63,755 nucleotides of DNA from Candidatus Zambryskiibacteriota bacterium. Its GTDB lineage: Bacteria; Patescibacteriota; Minisyncoccia; Phycocordibacterales; DATDWN01. This document shows positions 9,301 through 19,279 of the stretch, in pieces (within the stretch, counting starts at the first letter, position 1; the number at the start of each line of letters is the position of its first letter). Under the pieces are notes generated by a model. The model saw only the letters and a program-made list of their open reading frames with translations. It was not told the DNA's origin and made no database searches. Both the position numbers and the translations under genes were made by a program. The DNA is taken from NCBI GenBank assembly GCA_009694965.1, contig SIBV01000001.1, forward strand, positions 1-63,755, written 5' to 3'.

Positions 9301-10611
9301 ATGATTGATCCATTTATTGATTTTTTTACACTTCCGAGTGTGCTTCTGATTTTAAAAATAATTTATTACACCTCCTACGTTTGGGTTCCAGTTTTTCTAA
9401 TAATAATCTTATGGAACTACTGGGTTGACTATAGAAGAGCTTTGTTTTTTGCCAAGCAGAAGTATGTTTTACTTGAGATAAAGTTGCCTAGAGAAATATT
9501 CAAGTCACCAAAAGCTATGGAGTTTTGTATTGCAGCACTATACAGTACACTAGGAGAGGCTAACTGGTTCGAAAAGTTCTGGAAGGGGCAGGTTAGAGTT
9601 TCGCATTCACTAGAAATTGTATCAATAGAAGGAGCTGTGTACTTTTTTATCTGGTCTCGAAAGGATACTAAGAACCAGATAGAGTCTAATCTTTATTCCC
9701 AGTATCCAGGAGTTGAGATATATGAAGTTCCTGACTATACCTTACCAACATCTTTTGATCCTGAAGTAAGTGGAATGTGGATGACAGAATTCAAACTTAC
9801 TGAGTCTGATGCCTTTCCAATAAAGACATATATTGATTATGGAATGGATAAAGACCCAGATGAAGAGTACAAAATTGACCCGATCACACCACTTATTGAA
9901 TTTCTAGGCTCCCTATCTCCAGGAAATCAAGTTTGGATACAAATTATCATCAGAGCTCATATTGCTGAGGAAAAAGATACCGATAAGACATTTTCTAAAT
10001 GGAAGATTTGGAGCAGTTGGAAAATGGAGGATAAATGGGATTTTATGAAAAAGAAAGACTTCAGATGGAAGGAGGCAGCCAAAACTGAGATTGAGAAAAT
10101 AATTTCAAAAGCAAAAGGAGAAAAAGATAAAGAAGGTAAGGCTATACCTGGAACAGTTCGGCAATTAACCGACACTGAAAAAGAGACAATCAATGCTCTT
10201 GAAAGAAGTATTTCAAAAAAAGGGTTCGATACTGGTATAAGGGTAATTTATATCGCTCCAAAAGATGTTTTTACTATGGGGAATGTCGGAGGGATTGTTG
10301 GGGGAATTATGCATTTCAATTCGCATTTAAATGGTTTCCAACCAACCGGAACCAACTCACTAAAATATAAACACTTACTATTAGCATGGAAAGATAGAAG
10401 TCCTAAGTTGCTCAATGCTGAAAAGCAAGAGTTTTTGGATGCATATAAAAGGCGTGCATATTTTCATAAGCCTCATGTTCGACCACATTTTGTTCTAAAT
10501 ACTGAGGAATTAGCAACACTATTTCATTTGCCAGGAAGTGTTTCTGCTACTCCAACATTTGGACGTATCGAATCTAAAAAAGGTCAGGCTCCTGCCAACC
10601 TTCCAGTCTAG
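9301..10611 (+). CDS. Conserved membrane-anchored hypothetical protein (CPR-type)
   Basis: N-terminal TM; LLEIKLPR..KSPKAME, SLEIVS, LNTEELATLFHLP. Start moved from TTG 9265 (inside a repeat) to ATG 9301. Confidence 0.8.
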   Translation: MIDPFIDFFTLPSVLLILKIIYYTSYVWVPVFLIIILWNYWVDYRRALFFAKQKYVLLEIKLPREIFKSPKAMEFCIAALYSTLGEANWFEKFWKGQVRVSHSLEIVSIEGAVYFFIWSRKDTKNQIESNLYSQYPGVEIYEVPDYTLPTSFDPEVSGMWMTEFKLTESDAFPIKTYIDYGMDKDPDEEYKIDPITPLIEFLGSLSPGNQVWIQIIIRAHIAEEKDTDKTFSKWKIWSSWKMEDKWDFMKKKDFRWKEAAKTEIEKIISKAKGEKDKEGKAIPGTVRQLTDTEKETINALERSISKKGFDTGIRVIYIAPKDVFTMGNVGGIVGGIMHFNSHLNGFQPTGTNSLKYKHLLLAWKDRSPKLLNAEKQEFLDAYKRRAYFHKPHVRPHFVLNTEELATLFHLPGSVSATPTFGRIESKKGQAPANLPV

Positions 10612-10634
10612 AGAGTGTGGATTTACAATAATTA

Positions 10635-11612
10635 ATGGAACAGGAACTTATTAAATTTAAGGATTGGGTGATATCACACAGAAAAACAGTTTGTGTTGGT
10701 GTTTTCTTGATATCAGCGCTATCTATTGTTTTATTTTTTTATAAAACTCCAAGAAATTTTCCTATAGGAGAAGTTATTGCTGTGGACAATGGTAATTCTC
10801 TGCAGGAAATTACTGACACATTATATTCAAAAAAAATAATCAGGTCACCATTTTTATTTAGAACTCATGTGATCCTTCTCGGTGGGGAAAAAGGTGTTTT
10901 AGCTGGAGATTACATATTAGACAAAAGAGAGGGTCCAGCTAGGCTTGCATATAGATTAGTAAAAGGAAAATATCATTTAGAATCTAAAAAAATTACTATT
11001 CCTGAGGGTTGGAATATTTTTCAAATAGGGGATTATTTGGAAAAAACACTTCTCAGGTTCAATAAAAAAGAATTTATGACTCTAGCGAAGGATAGTGAAG
11101 GTTATTTATTTCCTGATACATATTTCATTTCCCCGGTATCTACTCCACAAGGTGTAATAGATAGAATGAAAAAAAACTTTAATGAAAAGATGTCACTCAT
11201 CAATTTGTCTACATCAACAAGGAGTTTGAAGGATATTATTATCATGGCCTCAATACTTGAGGTAGAAGCCAGAACTACAGAAAGCCGGAAAACTATAGCT
11301 GGGATTCTGTGGAAAAGGTTGTCTATCGGCATGGCTCTCCAGGTGGATTCAACATTTCTTTATATCAACGGGAAAAATACATACGAGTTAACCTTGGAGG
11401 ACTTGAAAATAGATTCTTTATACAATACCTACAAATATCCAGGACTACCTAGAGGTCCTATTGGAAACCCAGGGTTAGATTCTATTTTGGCTGCGATAAA
11501 TCCTATAAATACCAAATACCTTTATTTTCTTTCTAGTAAAAGTGGGGGCATGTATTATGGGACAACTTTTGAACAACATAAGAGGAATAAAGAACTATAC
11601 TTAAATAAATAA
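10635..11612 (+). CDS. mltG: Endolytic transglycosylase MltG
   Basis: TIPEG, EGYLFPDTY, ASILEVE, LQVDST, YNTYKYPGLPRGPIGNPG. Confidence 0.95.
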   Translation: MEQELIKFKDWVISHRKTVCVGVFLISALSIVLFFYKTPRNFPIGEVIAVDNGNSLQEITDTLYSKKIIRSPFLFRTHVILLGGEKGVLAGDYILDKREGPARLAYRLVKGKYHLESKKITIPEGWNIFQIGDYLEKTLLRFNKKEFMTLAKDSEGYLFPDTYFISPVSTPQGVIDRMKKNFNEKMSLINLSTSTRSLKDIIIMASILEVEARTTESRKTIAGILWKRLSIGMALQVDSTFLYINGKNTYELTLEDLKIDSLYNTYKYPGLPRGPIGNPGLDSILAAINPINTKYLYFLSSKSGGMYYGTTFEQHKRNKELYLNK

Positions 11613-11675
11613 TCACTTTCTCGTTATATCCTTTTTGGAGTACGGGTTTTCGCTGGTGCAAAACTCCCTCACCTC

Positions 11676-11748
11676 CTTACAGGAGCAGTACACCTTTCAC
11701 ATTTTAATTATAAAATGTTCAAGGTCTTGCGAAGCTTCGCTTCTCACC
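11676..11748 (-). repeat. Structured three-hairpin motif, copy A
   Basis: Minus strand GGTGAG-stem-CGCAAGACCTTGA-stem-GAAAGGTGTAC..CTGTAAG; enclosed by CTTTTTGGAG/CTCCAAAAAAG. Confidence 0.85.
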
Positions 11749-11828
11749 TCGCCCAGTCGGCTGCGGGGCCTCCAAAAAAGACATAACTTCAACGCGATTA
11801 TTTATTGAGAGTTTTTTGTGGTATAAAG

Positions 11829-12944
11829 ATGGAAATGAATAACAAAGGTAAAGTTTTTGTTGGGGTATCAGGTGGAGTGGATTCATCGGTTGCTTTGGCA
11901 TTATTACAAAGGGAAGGATATGACGTGACAGGTGTCTTTTTGAAGGTTTGGAGTCCTGATTTTTTGCTGTGCGATTGGAAGGAAGAAAGAAGGAGTGCTA
12001 TGAGAGTCTGTGCCACGCTTGGTGTGCCCTTTTTAACCTTGGATTGTGAAGAGGAGTATAAGAAAGAAGTAGTGGACTATATGATACGAGAATATAGTAT
12101 TGGCAGAGTTCCTAATCCCGATATTTTTTGCAATAAATATGTAAAGTTTGGAGTGTTTCTAAATAAAGCTTTACAAATGGGTGCCGATTTCATAGCTACA
12201 GGGCATTATGCGCGAGTACGCGATACGAATGAAAACAAAGTCGACCAACGAATGTCTACGAATAGATATGAATTAAGAGAGTCGGCAGATAAAGAAAAAG
12301 ATCAGAGTTATTTTCTTTACACCCTGAATCAAAAACAGTTGAAGCACACTCTTTTTCCAGTGGGAGGAATGACAAAAAGAGAGGTTAGGAAACTCGCTCT
12401 TGATTTTGGTTTGCCTACTGCCAAAAAAAAGGACAGTCAAGGGCTTTGTTTTCTAGGAAAGATAGATATGAAGGATTTTCTTTCACACTATATAGAAACA
12501 AAAGTAGGAGATGTTTTAAATACGAAAGGTGAGACTATTGGTTACCACGATGGGGCAATGTTTCTGACTATTGGACAGAGACACGGATTTACTATCACAA
12601 AGAAAACAATAGATGAGCCAAGATTCTTTGTAGTTACAAAGGACTTAAAAAAAAATACTATAACTGTGGCAAGTAAGGTTATTGAAAATGATAAAATTTT
12701 TTCGATTAACAGTGTTTATATTTCTGACCTGCACTTTATCGTAGGAGAACCTATTTTCCCTTTGAAAACTAGTGTCCGAATAAGATATCGGCAAGAAAAA
12801 CAGGATTGCACTATAACAAAGGACAAAGATGGATATAAAGTATCATTCACCAAAACTCAAAACGGGATAGCTGTGGGGCAGTCAGCTGTTTTATATGACA
12901 ATCAAATCTGTTTGGGAGGAGGGATAATTGAAAAAGTCCCATAA
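11829..12944 (+). CDS. mnmA: tRNA 2-thiouridine synthase MnmA
   Basis: SGGVDSS, PNPDIFCN, ATGHY, KDQSYFL, DSQGLCF. Confidence 0.97.
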   Translation: MEMNNKGKVFVGVSGGVDSSVALALLQREGYDVTGVFLKVWSPDFLLCDWKEERRSAMRVCATLGVPFLTLDCEEEYKKEVVDYMIREYSIGRVPNPDIFCNKYVKFGVFLNKALQMGADFIATGHYARVRDTNENKVDQRMSTNRYELRESADKEKDQSYFLYTLNQKQLKHTLFPVGGMTKREVRKLALDFGLPTAKKKDSQGLCFLGKIDMKDFLSHYIETKVGDVLNTKGETIGYHDGAMFLTIGQRHGFTITKKTIDEPRFFVVTKDLKKNTITVASKVIENDKIFSINSVYISDLHFIVGEPIFPLKTSVRIRYRQEKQDCTITKDKDGYKVSFTKTQNGIAVGQSAVLYDNQICLGGGIIEKVP

Positions 12945-12988
12945 TTTCATAATTTTGCCGTATAGGTTATTTGTGAGATAATCATTTA

Positions 12989-13825
12989 ATGACTACAGAA
13001 AATTCATTATTTATTATCAAATCTAACGGGACTCGTGAATTATTTGATCCTGCGAAGTTGCGAGAATCACTTCAACATTCAGGCGCATCAATAGAGGTTA
13101 TAAATGAAATTATTTCTCATGTGACCTCTGAAATTAAGGAAAATTCAACTACTGGAGAGATTTATAATCATGCCTTTGAGATATTACGAGAGAAAGCGAA
13201 GCCTGTTTCGCTAAAATACTCTATTCGACATGCGGTCATGGAACTTGGACCTTCTGGCTTTCCGTTCGAGGATTATGTCGCTGAGATTTTTCGCGCGCGT
13301 GGGTTCGAGACGAAGACCGGTCAGGTTGTTGAGGGGTTTTGCATCCCACATGAAATCGATGTAGTGGCATGGAATAAAGAAAAATTAATTATGGTGGAAG
13401 CAAAATTTCATAATGAAACAGGTACGAAATCAGATGTTAAAGTTGCTTTGTATATCAAAGCGCGTTTTGATGATTTGAGAAAGGTAAAGTTTGACTTCGG
13501 GGGTTTAAGAGACATTGACGAAGCATGGTTAGTGACAAACACAAAATTTACTTCAACAGCTATTGAATACGCCTTATGTGAAGGGGGGCTCAAACTTGTT
13601 GGCTGGAATTACCCACCAGTGAGTAATTTGCAACAGATGATTACGGAGTCTAAATTGCATCCATTGACATGCTTAACAAGTCTAAATGGACGTGAAAAAA
13701 AAGAGTTACTTCTTCAAGGGGTTGTACTGTGTAAATCGATATTGGAGAGGCCAGAGCTTCTTACTAATATAGGGGTCAATACAGAAAAAATAAAAGCAGT
13801 AATTGAGGAAATAGCCATACTATAA
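12989..13825 (+). CDS. ATP-cone domain fused to Mrr-like PD-(D/E)XK endonuclease
   Basis: IIKSNGTRELFDPAKL (ATP cone); GFPFEDYV, HEIDVVA, VEAK, LVTN. Confidence 0.8.
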   Translation: MTTENSLFIIKSNGTRELFDPAKLRESLQHSGASIEVINEIISHVTSEIKENSTTGEIYNHAFEILREKAKPVSLKYSIRHAVMELGPSGFPFEDYVAEIFRARGFETKTGQVVEGFCIPHEIDVVAWNKEKLIMVEAKFHNETGTKSDVKVALYIKARFDDLRKVKFDFGGLRDIDEAWLVTNTKFTSTAIEYALCEGGLKLVGWNYPPVSNLQQMITESKLHPLTCLTSLNGREKKELLLQGVVLCKSILERPELLTNIGVNTEKIKAVIEEIAIL

Positions 13826-13826
13826 A

Positions 13827-14429
13827 ATGAAGATAAAAAAAGTAAAGGAACTAAGTATAAAAAAAATTGCTAATTTTCTTTTTGAAGTAGGTATGCTTTC
13901 AAAAACACCAAGGAGTGGCTTTCACTTTCTCGGAACAGGAGAGCAGTCAGTCGCTGAACATATCAATCGAACCTCATTTATTGGTTACGTATTGGCCCAA
14001 ATGGAACCGGGAATCAATGTTCTTAAGGTTTTGAAGATGTGTCTTTTTCATGATATTTCAGAAACTAGAATCTCAGATTTGAATCATGTGCACCAAAGAT
14101 ATGTTGAAAGAAAAGAACACAGTGCTGTAAAAGATATTTCTGACTCAATACCTTTTGGAAGAGATATTTTTGATACCCTTCATGAATACGAGAAAAGAAA
14201 GTCTAGAGAAGCAATGGTTGTAAAAGATGCAGATACGTTAGAGTGGTTACTCGCATTGAAGGAACAAGTTGACACAGGTAACACTAGAGCATTGGAATGG
14301 ATGCTTGATGGTGTGAAAAGATTAAAAACTGATAATGGAAAACTTTTAGCAGAAGCTATTATGGAGACAAATTCAAATGATTGGTGGTTTCCAGAAGACT
14401 CAGTTATTAAAAATAAAAAATATATTTAG
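13827..14429 (+). CDS. HD-domain hydrolase (YfbR/HDDC2-like)
   Basis: PRSG, QSVAEH, LFHDISE, KDAD. Confidence 0.88.
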   Translation: MKIKKVKELSIKKIANFLFEVGMLSKTPRSGFHFLGTGEQSVAEHINRTSFIGYVLAQMEPGINVLKVLKMCLFHDISETRISDLNHVHQRYVERKEHSAVKDISDSIPFGRDIFDTLHEYEKRKSREAMVVKDADTLEWLLALKEQVDTGNTRALEWMLDGVKRLKTDNGKLLAEAIMETNSNDWWFPEDSVIKNKKYI

Positions 14430-14480
14430 CAGCATTTACTTTATGAACTTTATAACTTTCAAACTTTATAACTAATTTCC

Positions 14481-15089
14481 ATGTCACATACACTTGAAGA
14501 AAAATTTGAGGCAATGGTTAAAATACGAGATGAGCTCCTTCATCTTACAAATTCTCCATTGTATTCTTACAGAATTGCAAATAAATACTTTCCAGTTGTG
14601 GGTGAAGGAAGTCATACTGCAAAAATTATGTTCATCGGAGAAGCTCCTGGTAAAAATGAAGCTGAAACTGGGAGGCCTTTTTGTGGAAAATCAGGAAAAA
14701 TACTGGATGAGATGTTAGAATCAATCCAATTAAATCGAAGTGATGTCTATATTACAAACATATTAAAGGATAGACCTGAGGATAACCGCGACCCAAAACC
14801 TGAAGAAATAGCCTTGTATTCAACATTTCTTGATAGACAAATAGAAATAGTACAACCTAAAGTAATAGCGACTTTAGGAAGATTTTCAATGGAATATATT
14901 CTTAATCTATTTGGCTTAAAAGATAAATTGAGTACAATTAGCGAAATGCATGGACAGGAGTTTATTTCGACTACAAATTATGGACCAGTAGTAATTTTTC
15001 CTCTTTATCACCCAGCAATTACTTCATACAATGGAGGAAGCAAAACAGTATTACTAGAGGATTTTCAAAAATTAAAAAAATATGTCTAA
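14481..15089 (+). CDS. Uracil-DNA glycosylase, family 4-like
   Basis: IGEAPG..E..GRPF, YITN, LGRF, YHPA. Confidence 0.9.
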   Translation: MSHTLEEKFEAMVKIRDELLHLTNSPLYSYRIANKYFPVVGEGSHTAKIMFIGEAPGKNEAETGRPFCGKSGKILDEMLESIQLNRSDVYITNILKDRPEDNRDPKPEEIALYSTFLDRQIEIVQPKVIATLGRFSMEYILNLFGLKDKLSTISEMHGQEFISTTNYGPVVIFPLYHPAITSYNGGSKTVLLEDFQKLKKYV

Positions 15090-16863
15090 AAAAAATCAGA
15101 ACACAATTAAAACAGAATGGAATTTGAAACTACTTTATAAATCCGTTGATGATCCCCAGATAGAGATTGATATTTCAAATGCTGAAAAAGCCTATCTAGC
15201 TTTTGCAAAGAAATATACCAAACGAACGGATTACCTAAAAAATGAGAACTCCCTTTTTCATGCTCTAGAGGATTCGGAAAAATTAAGTTATGAATTTGCT
15301 GATAGACCTATTTACTATTTACATTATGCTCAGGATTTAAACAGTAAAGACGAGCATGTTAGAGCCAAAATGAATCTTTTAGCTCAACGTATTCAAAAAA
15401 TGTCTAATCATATTGTTTTTTTTGGCATCAATCTTTCGAAACTTCCGCAAAATATTCAAAAATTTTTTTTGGTAAGTAAACGACTTTCCAAATATAACTA
15501 TATGCTTCAGAAAACTTTTGAGAGTGGTAAATACACCCTCTCTGAGTCTGAAGAAAAAATTCTTTCGCTTAAATCTTTACCATCTCATACCTTATGGGTT
15601 AGTGCTATTGAAAAACTTGAAAGTAAACAGACCGTTGAGCACAAAGGCAAAAAACTTCCACTCAATGAGGCAAATTCTTTAATTAGAGAGCAAACGACTC
15701 AGAAAGAAAGAGTGGATCTTAGTAAAAAGGTTATGGATAAGTTTTACGAAATTGCTGAAATGGCAGAAAGCGAACTCAATGCTGTAGTGATTGATAAGAA
15801 AATAGATGATGAACTTAGGGGATTTAAGGAGCCGTATGATGCTACTTTACTTTCCTATGAAAATGACAAAGTAGCTATTTTGAGTTTAGTTAAAACTGTG
15901 ACGGACAATTTCCATATTGCTAAAAAGTTCTACGTGATTAAGGCGAGAATGCTCAATCTGAAAACTTTTAATTATTCAGATAGAAATGTTTCTGCTGGTG
16001 TTGTTAAAAGAAAAGTTTCATTCGAGGAATCCTATCGATTATTATATGATCTTTTTTCGCGTGTAGATGTGAGGTTTGCAGATATTCTAAAAACCTTTGT
16101 TGAAAAAGGACAAATCGATGTTTACCCAAAAATGGGGAAGACTGGAGGAGCTTATTGTTCTTCAAGTCATAATAATCCCACATTCGTATTACTGAACCAT
16201 ATAAATTCCCTTGAGTCTCTTAAAACTTTTGCTCATGAAATGGGGCATGCAATTCATACTGAATTTTCAAAGTCACAACCAACCTATTATCAGGATTATT
16301 CAATGTCAGCAGCGGAGACTGCGAGTACCTTGTTTGAAAGTTTTCTTTTTTATGATCAATTCGATAATTTAAGTGAAGCAGAGAAAATAATTGCTCTACA
16401 TGACAAAATTCAAGATGATATTTCCACAATATTTAGACAAATAGCTTGTTTCAATTTTGAACTTGAAATGCATAATACTATTCGGGAAAAAGGTAATATG
16501 TCTAAGGAAGAATTGGCTGGCTGTATGAACAAACACATGGCAAGTTATATGGGTAAGAATGTTAAATTTGTGGAAAAGGACGGTTATTTCTTTGTCGGTT
16601 GGTCTCACCTTCGAAGATTTTTCTATGTTTATTCCTACGCCTTTGGAAAACTGGCCAGTAAGGCACTTTATAAAAATTACTCTGAAGACAAAACTTATAT
16701 AGAAAAAATTAAAACTTTCCTATCTCTTGGAGGATCAATGAGTCCTGAGGATGTTTTCAAGTCGATTGGAGTTGACGTTAAAAAACCAGATTTCTGGAAA
16801 CTGGGAATGAAAAGTATTGAGGAAGATATAAATTTATTAGAAAAACTAGTTAATAAAAAATAA
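15082..16863 (+). CDS. M3 family oligoendopeptidase
   Basis: W.L..LY N-terminus, GGAYC, HEMGH, AETAS, YVYSYAFG. Confidence 0.92.
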   Translation: MSKKNQNTIKTEWNLKLLYKSVDDPQIEIDISNAEKAYLAFAKKYTKRTDYLKNENSLFHALEDSEKLSYEFADRPIYYLHYAQDLNSKDEHVRAKMNLLAQRIQKMSNHIVFFGINLSKLPQNIQKFFLVSKRLSKYNYMLQKTFESGKYTLSESEEKILSLKSLPSHTLWVSAIEKLESKQTVEHKGKKLPLNEANSLIREQTTQKERVDLSKKVMDKFYEIAEMAESELNAVVIDKKIDDELRGFKEPYDATLLSYENDKVAILSLVKTVTDNFHIAKKFYVIKARMLNLKTFNYSDRNVSAGVVKRKVSFEESYRLLYDLFSRVDVRFADILKTFVEKGQIDVYPKMGKTGGAYCSSSHNNPTFVLLNHINSLESLKTFAHEMGHAIHTEFSKSQPTYYQDYSMSAAETASTLFESFLFYDQFDNLSEAEKIIALHDKIQDDISTIFRQIACFNFELEMHNTIREKGNMSKEELAGCMNKHMASYMGKNVKFVEKDGYFFVGWSHLRRFFYVYSYAFGKLASKALYKNYSEDKTYIEKIKTFLSLGGSMSPEDVFKSIGVDVKKPDFWKLGMKSIEEDINLLEKLVNKK

Positions 16864-16864
16864 C

Positions 16865-17287
16865 ATGTGGGTATTTTATGCTTTAGTCTCAGCATTATTT
16901 GCGGCCTTAACAGCGATCTTTGGCAAAATAGGTTTGAAAGAAATTGATTCTACTCTAGCAACAACAGTCAGGTCATTCATTATGGCAGGCTTTCTAGGTA
17001 TTACTGCAATTGCATTGAAAAAGTTTCAAGGCTTTTCTTTAGATTCATTTACCAATAAAGAATGGCTATTTGTGGTGCTCTCTGGAGTAGCCGGTGCATT
17101 ATCTTGGCTTTTCTATTTCTATGCTTTAAAGAGCGGATCGGCTCTGGGAGTTTCGGTGGTGGATAGATTAAGCATTATTTTTGTTTTTGTTTTGGCAGTA
17201 ATGTTTTTAGGAGAAAGTTTTACTATGCCTAAAGTCCTTGGGGTAATTTTGATAGCAATTGGGGCTTTTCTAACTACTATGAAATAG
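16865..17287 (+). CDS. EamA family transporter
   Basis: Five TM segments; FAALTAIFGKIG, LSWLFYFYALK. Confidence 0.88.
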   Translation: MWVFYALVSALFAALTAIFGKIGLKEIDSTLATTVRSFIMAGFLGITAIALKKFQGFSLDSFTNKEWLFVVLSGVAGALSWLFYFYALKSGSALGVSVVDRLSIIFVFVLAVMFLGESFTMPKVLGVILIAIGAFLTTMK

Positions 17288-17312
17288 GGTCTCTTTGTGA
17301 CATTATAATATT

Positions 17313-19094
17313 ATGACATCCGCTGAAATAAGGAAGAGATTTTTAGATTTTTTTGAGAAAAGGGGACACTCAATTCTTCCTTCTGCTTCATTAGTACCTG
17401 AAAACGATCCGTCAGTTCTGTTTAATACTGCAGGTATGCAACCTCTGGTTCCATATCTATTAGGTGAGAAGCATCCGAACGGCTCTCGCCTTGCTGACGT
17501 GCAAAAGTGCGTTAGAACAAATGATATAGATGAAGTTGGAGACAACACCCACCTCACCTTTTTTGAAATGATGGGGAACTGGTCACTAGGGGACTACTGG
17601 AAAAAGGAATCTATACAATGGAGTTACGACCTGCTTACTTCTCTTGATGAGGGATTTGGATTAAATCCACAACGGCTTTATGTAACCTGTTTTGAGGGAG
17701 ATTCGAATGCTCCGAAAGATGAGGAATCTGCGCAAATTTGGGAGGAAATTTTTAAGAAAAATGGAGTGACGGGAGAAAGGATATATTTTAGACCAAAAGA
17801 AAAAAATTGGTGGAGTGCAGGGGATAACGGACCGTGTGGACCAGATACGGAGATGTTTTACGATCTTACGGGAGATCTGGATAAAGGGATGACCCTCGAA
17901 GAGTATCTAAAGGCCGATGAGAGCCAGAAAGTTGTGGAGATTTGGAACAATGTTTTTATGGAATATCTTTCAAAGGATGGAAAGGTTGTAGAGAAACTGC
18001 AAAATAGAAACGTGGACACAGGTTCTGGTTTTGAGCGAGTGGTGGCTGTCATTCAAGGAAAGAATAATGTTTTCGATACAGATTTATTTACACCAATAAC
18101 GGAACACCTAAGAGAGAATCCATCTACTTCTATAATCAAATCCGAAAGAATTATTGCTGATCATGTAAGAACAGCTATTTTCCTTATTGCAGATGGAGTT
18201 GTTCCTTCTAATACAGACAGAGGTTATATTTTGAGGAGACTTATTCGAAGAGCAGTGAGACATGCCGATCTCATGAAGCTCCCACCAAATTTCCTACCAA
18301 CCATAATTCCGATCGTTGAAGAAATCTACAAAGATATTTATCCTTATTTAAAGGATGGGAGACCTAAAATTACCTCTGAGATAACTCAAGAGGAGGAAAG
18401 ATTTCGAAAGACACTTTCTGATGGTATGAAACAGTTTCAAAAACTTAGCACGGAAAATATTTCAGGCGAAGAAGCTTTTACTTTGTTTTCAACATATGGT
18501 TTTCCTATTGAGCTTATCCAAGAACTAGCTAAAGAGAAAAATATTAAAGTTGATGTAACAGGCTTCAATAACGCATTTAGATTGCATCAGAAAGCTTCTC
18601 GTGTTGGAGCTGAAGAGAAGTTTAAAGGTGGTTTAGCTGGAACTGGAGAAATGGAAATAAAATATCATACAGCAACCCACTTACTTCACCAAGCACTCCG
18701 AGACGTTCTAGGCAAATCTGTAACGCAAAAAGGAAGCAATATAACAAGTGAAAGACTTCGTTTTGATTTTGCCTTTGAGAGAAAAATGACCGATGACGAA
18801 AAAATGAACGTGCAGAATATTGTAAATGAAAAAATACAAGCAAAACTTCCAGTACAAAAAGTAACTATGAAAAAAGAGGACGCAGAAAAAACTGGAGCCT
18901 TACATTTCTTCGGAGACAAGTACGGTGAGGAGGTAAATGTCTATTTCATCGGAGAAAAAATAGAAGAGGCATACTCAAAAGAGTATTGCGGAGGACCTCA
19001 CACAGAGAATACAGGAAGTTTAGGTAAATTTATAATTACAAAGGAAGAGGCTGTATCAGCTGGTGTTAGACGAATCAAAGCCATATTGGAATAG
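17313..19094 (+). CDS. alaS: Alanine--tRNA ligase (short form)
   Basis: FNTAGMQ, HLTFFEM.GN, DTGSGFER, editing motifs HTATH and CGGPH; ends at GVRRIKA with no C-Ala domain. Confidence 0.96.
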   Translation: MTSAEIRKRFLDFFEKRGHSILPSASLVPENDPSVLFNTAGMQPLVPYLLGEKHPNGSRLADVQKCVRTNDIDEVGDNTHLTFFEMMGNWSLGDYWKKESIQWSYDLLTSLDEGFGLNPQRLYVTCFEGDSNAPKDEESAQIWEEIFKKNGVTGERIYFRPKEKNWWSAGDNGPCGPDTEMFYDLTGDLDKGMTLEEYLKADESQKVVEIWNNVFMEYLSKDGKVVEKLQNRNVDTGSGFERVVAVIQGKNNVFDTDLFTPITEHLRENPSTSIIKSERIIADHVRTAIFLIADGVVPSNTDRGYILRRLIRRAVRHADLMKLPPNFLPTIIPIVEEIYKDIYPYLKDGRPKITSEITQEEERFRKTLSDGMKQFQKLSTENISGEEAFTLFSTYGFPIELIQELAKEKNIKVDVTGFNNAFRLHQKASRVGAEEKFKGGLAGTGEMEIKYHTATHLLHQALRDVLGKSVTQKGSNITSERLRFDFAFERKMTDDEKMNVQNIVNEKIQAKLPVQKVTMKKEDAEKTGALHFFGDKYGEEVNVYFIGEKIEEAYSKEYCGGPHTENTGSLGKFIITKEEAVSAGVRRIKAILE

Positions 19095-19146
19095 TAGCTA
19101 ATTAGTAGCTAGTAGCAAGTAGCTAGGTTAAATACGAATGCTTCTT

Positions 19147-19225
19147 CTTACAGAATCTGTATATCTTTCGCTTTCTGACTACAGAATGCTCAAGGTCTTG
19201 CGAAGTGATAACATCACTTCTCACT
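19147..19225 (-). repeat. Structured three-hairpin motif, copy B, between TAGCTAG-type heptamer arms (19092-19125 and 19243-19268)
   Basis: Plus strand CTTACAGAATCTGTA..CAAGGTCTTGCGAAGTGAT-aac-ATCACTTCTCAC. Confidence 0.85.
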
Positions 19226-19279
19226 CGTCTCTACACGGTCTTCCTAGCTACTATATACTAGCTACTATATACTATTATT

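Noticed and set aside
11676..11748. Six-copy motif as a hammerhead ribozyme, group II intron domain V or tRNA fragment
   Set aside because: It lacks the CUGANGA/GAAA core, the domain V pattern and the T-loop consensus; left unassigned
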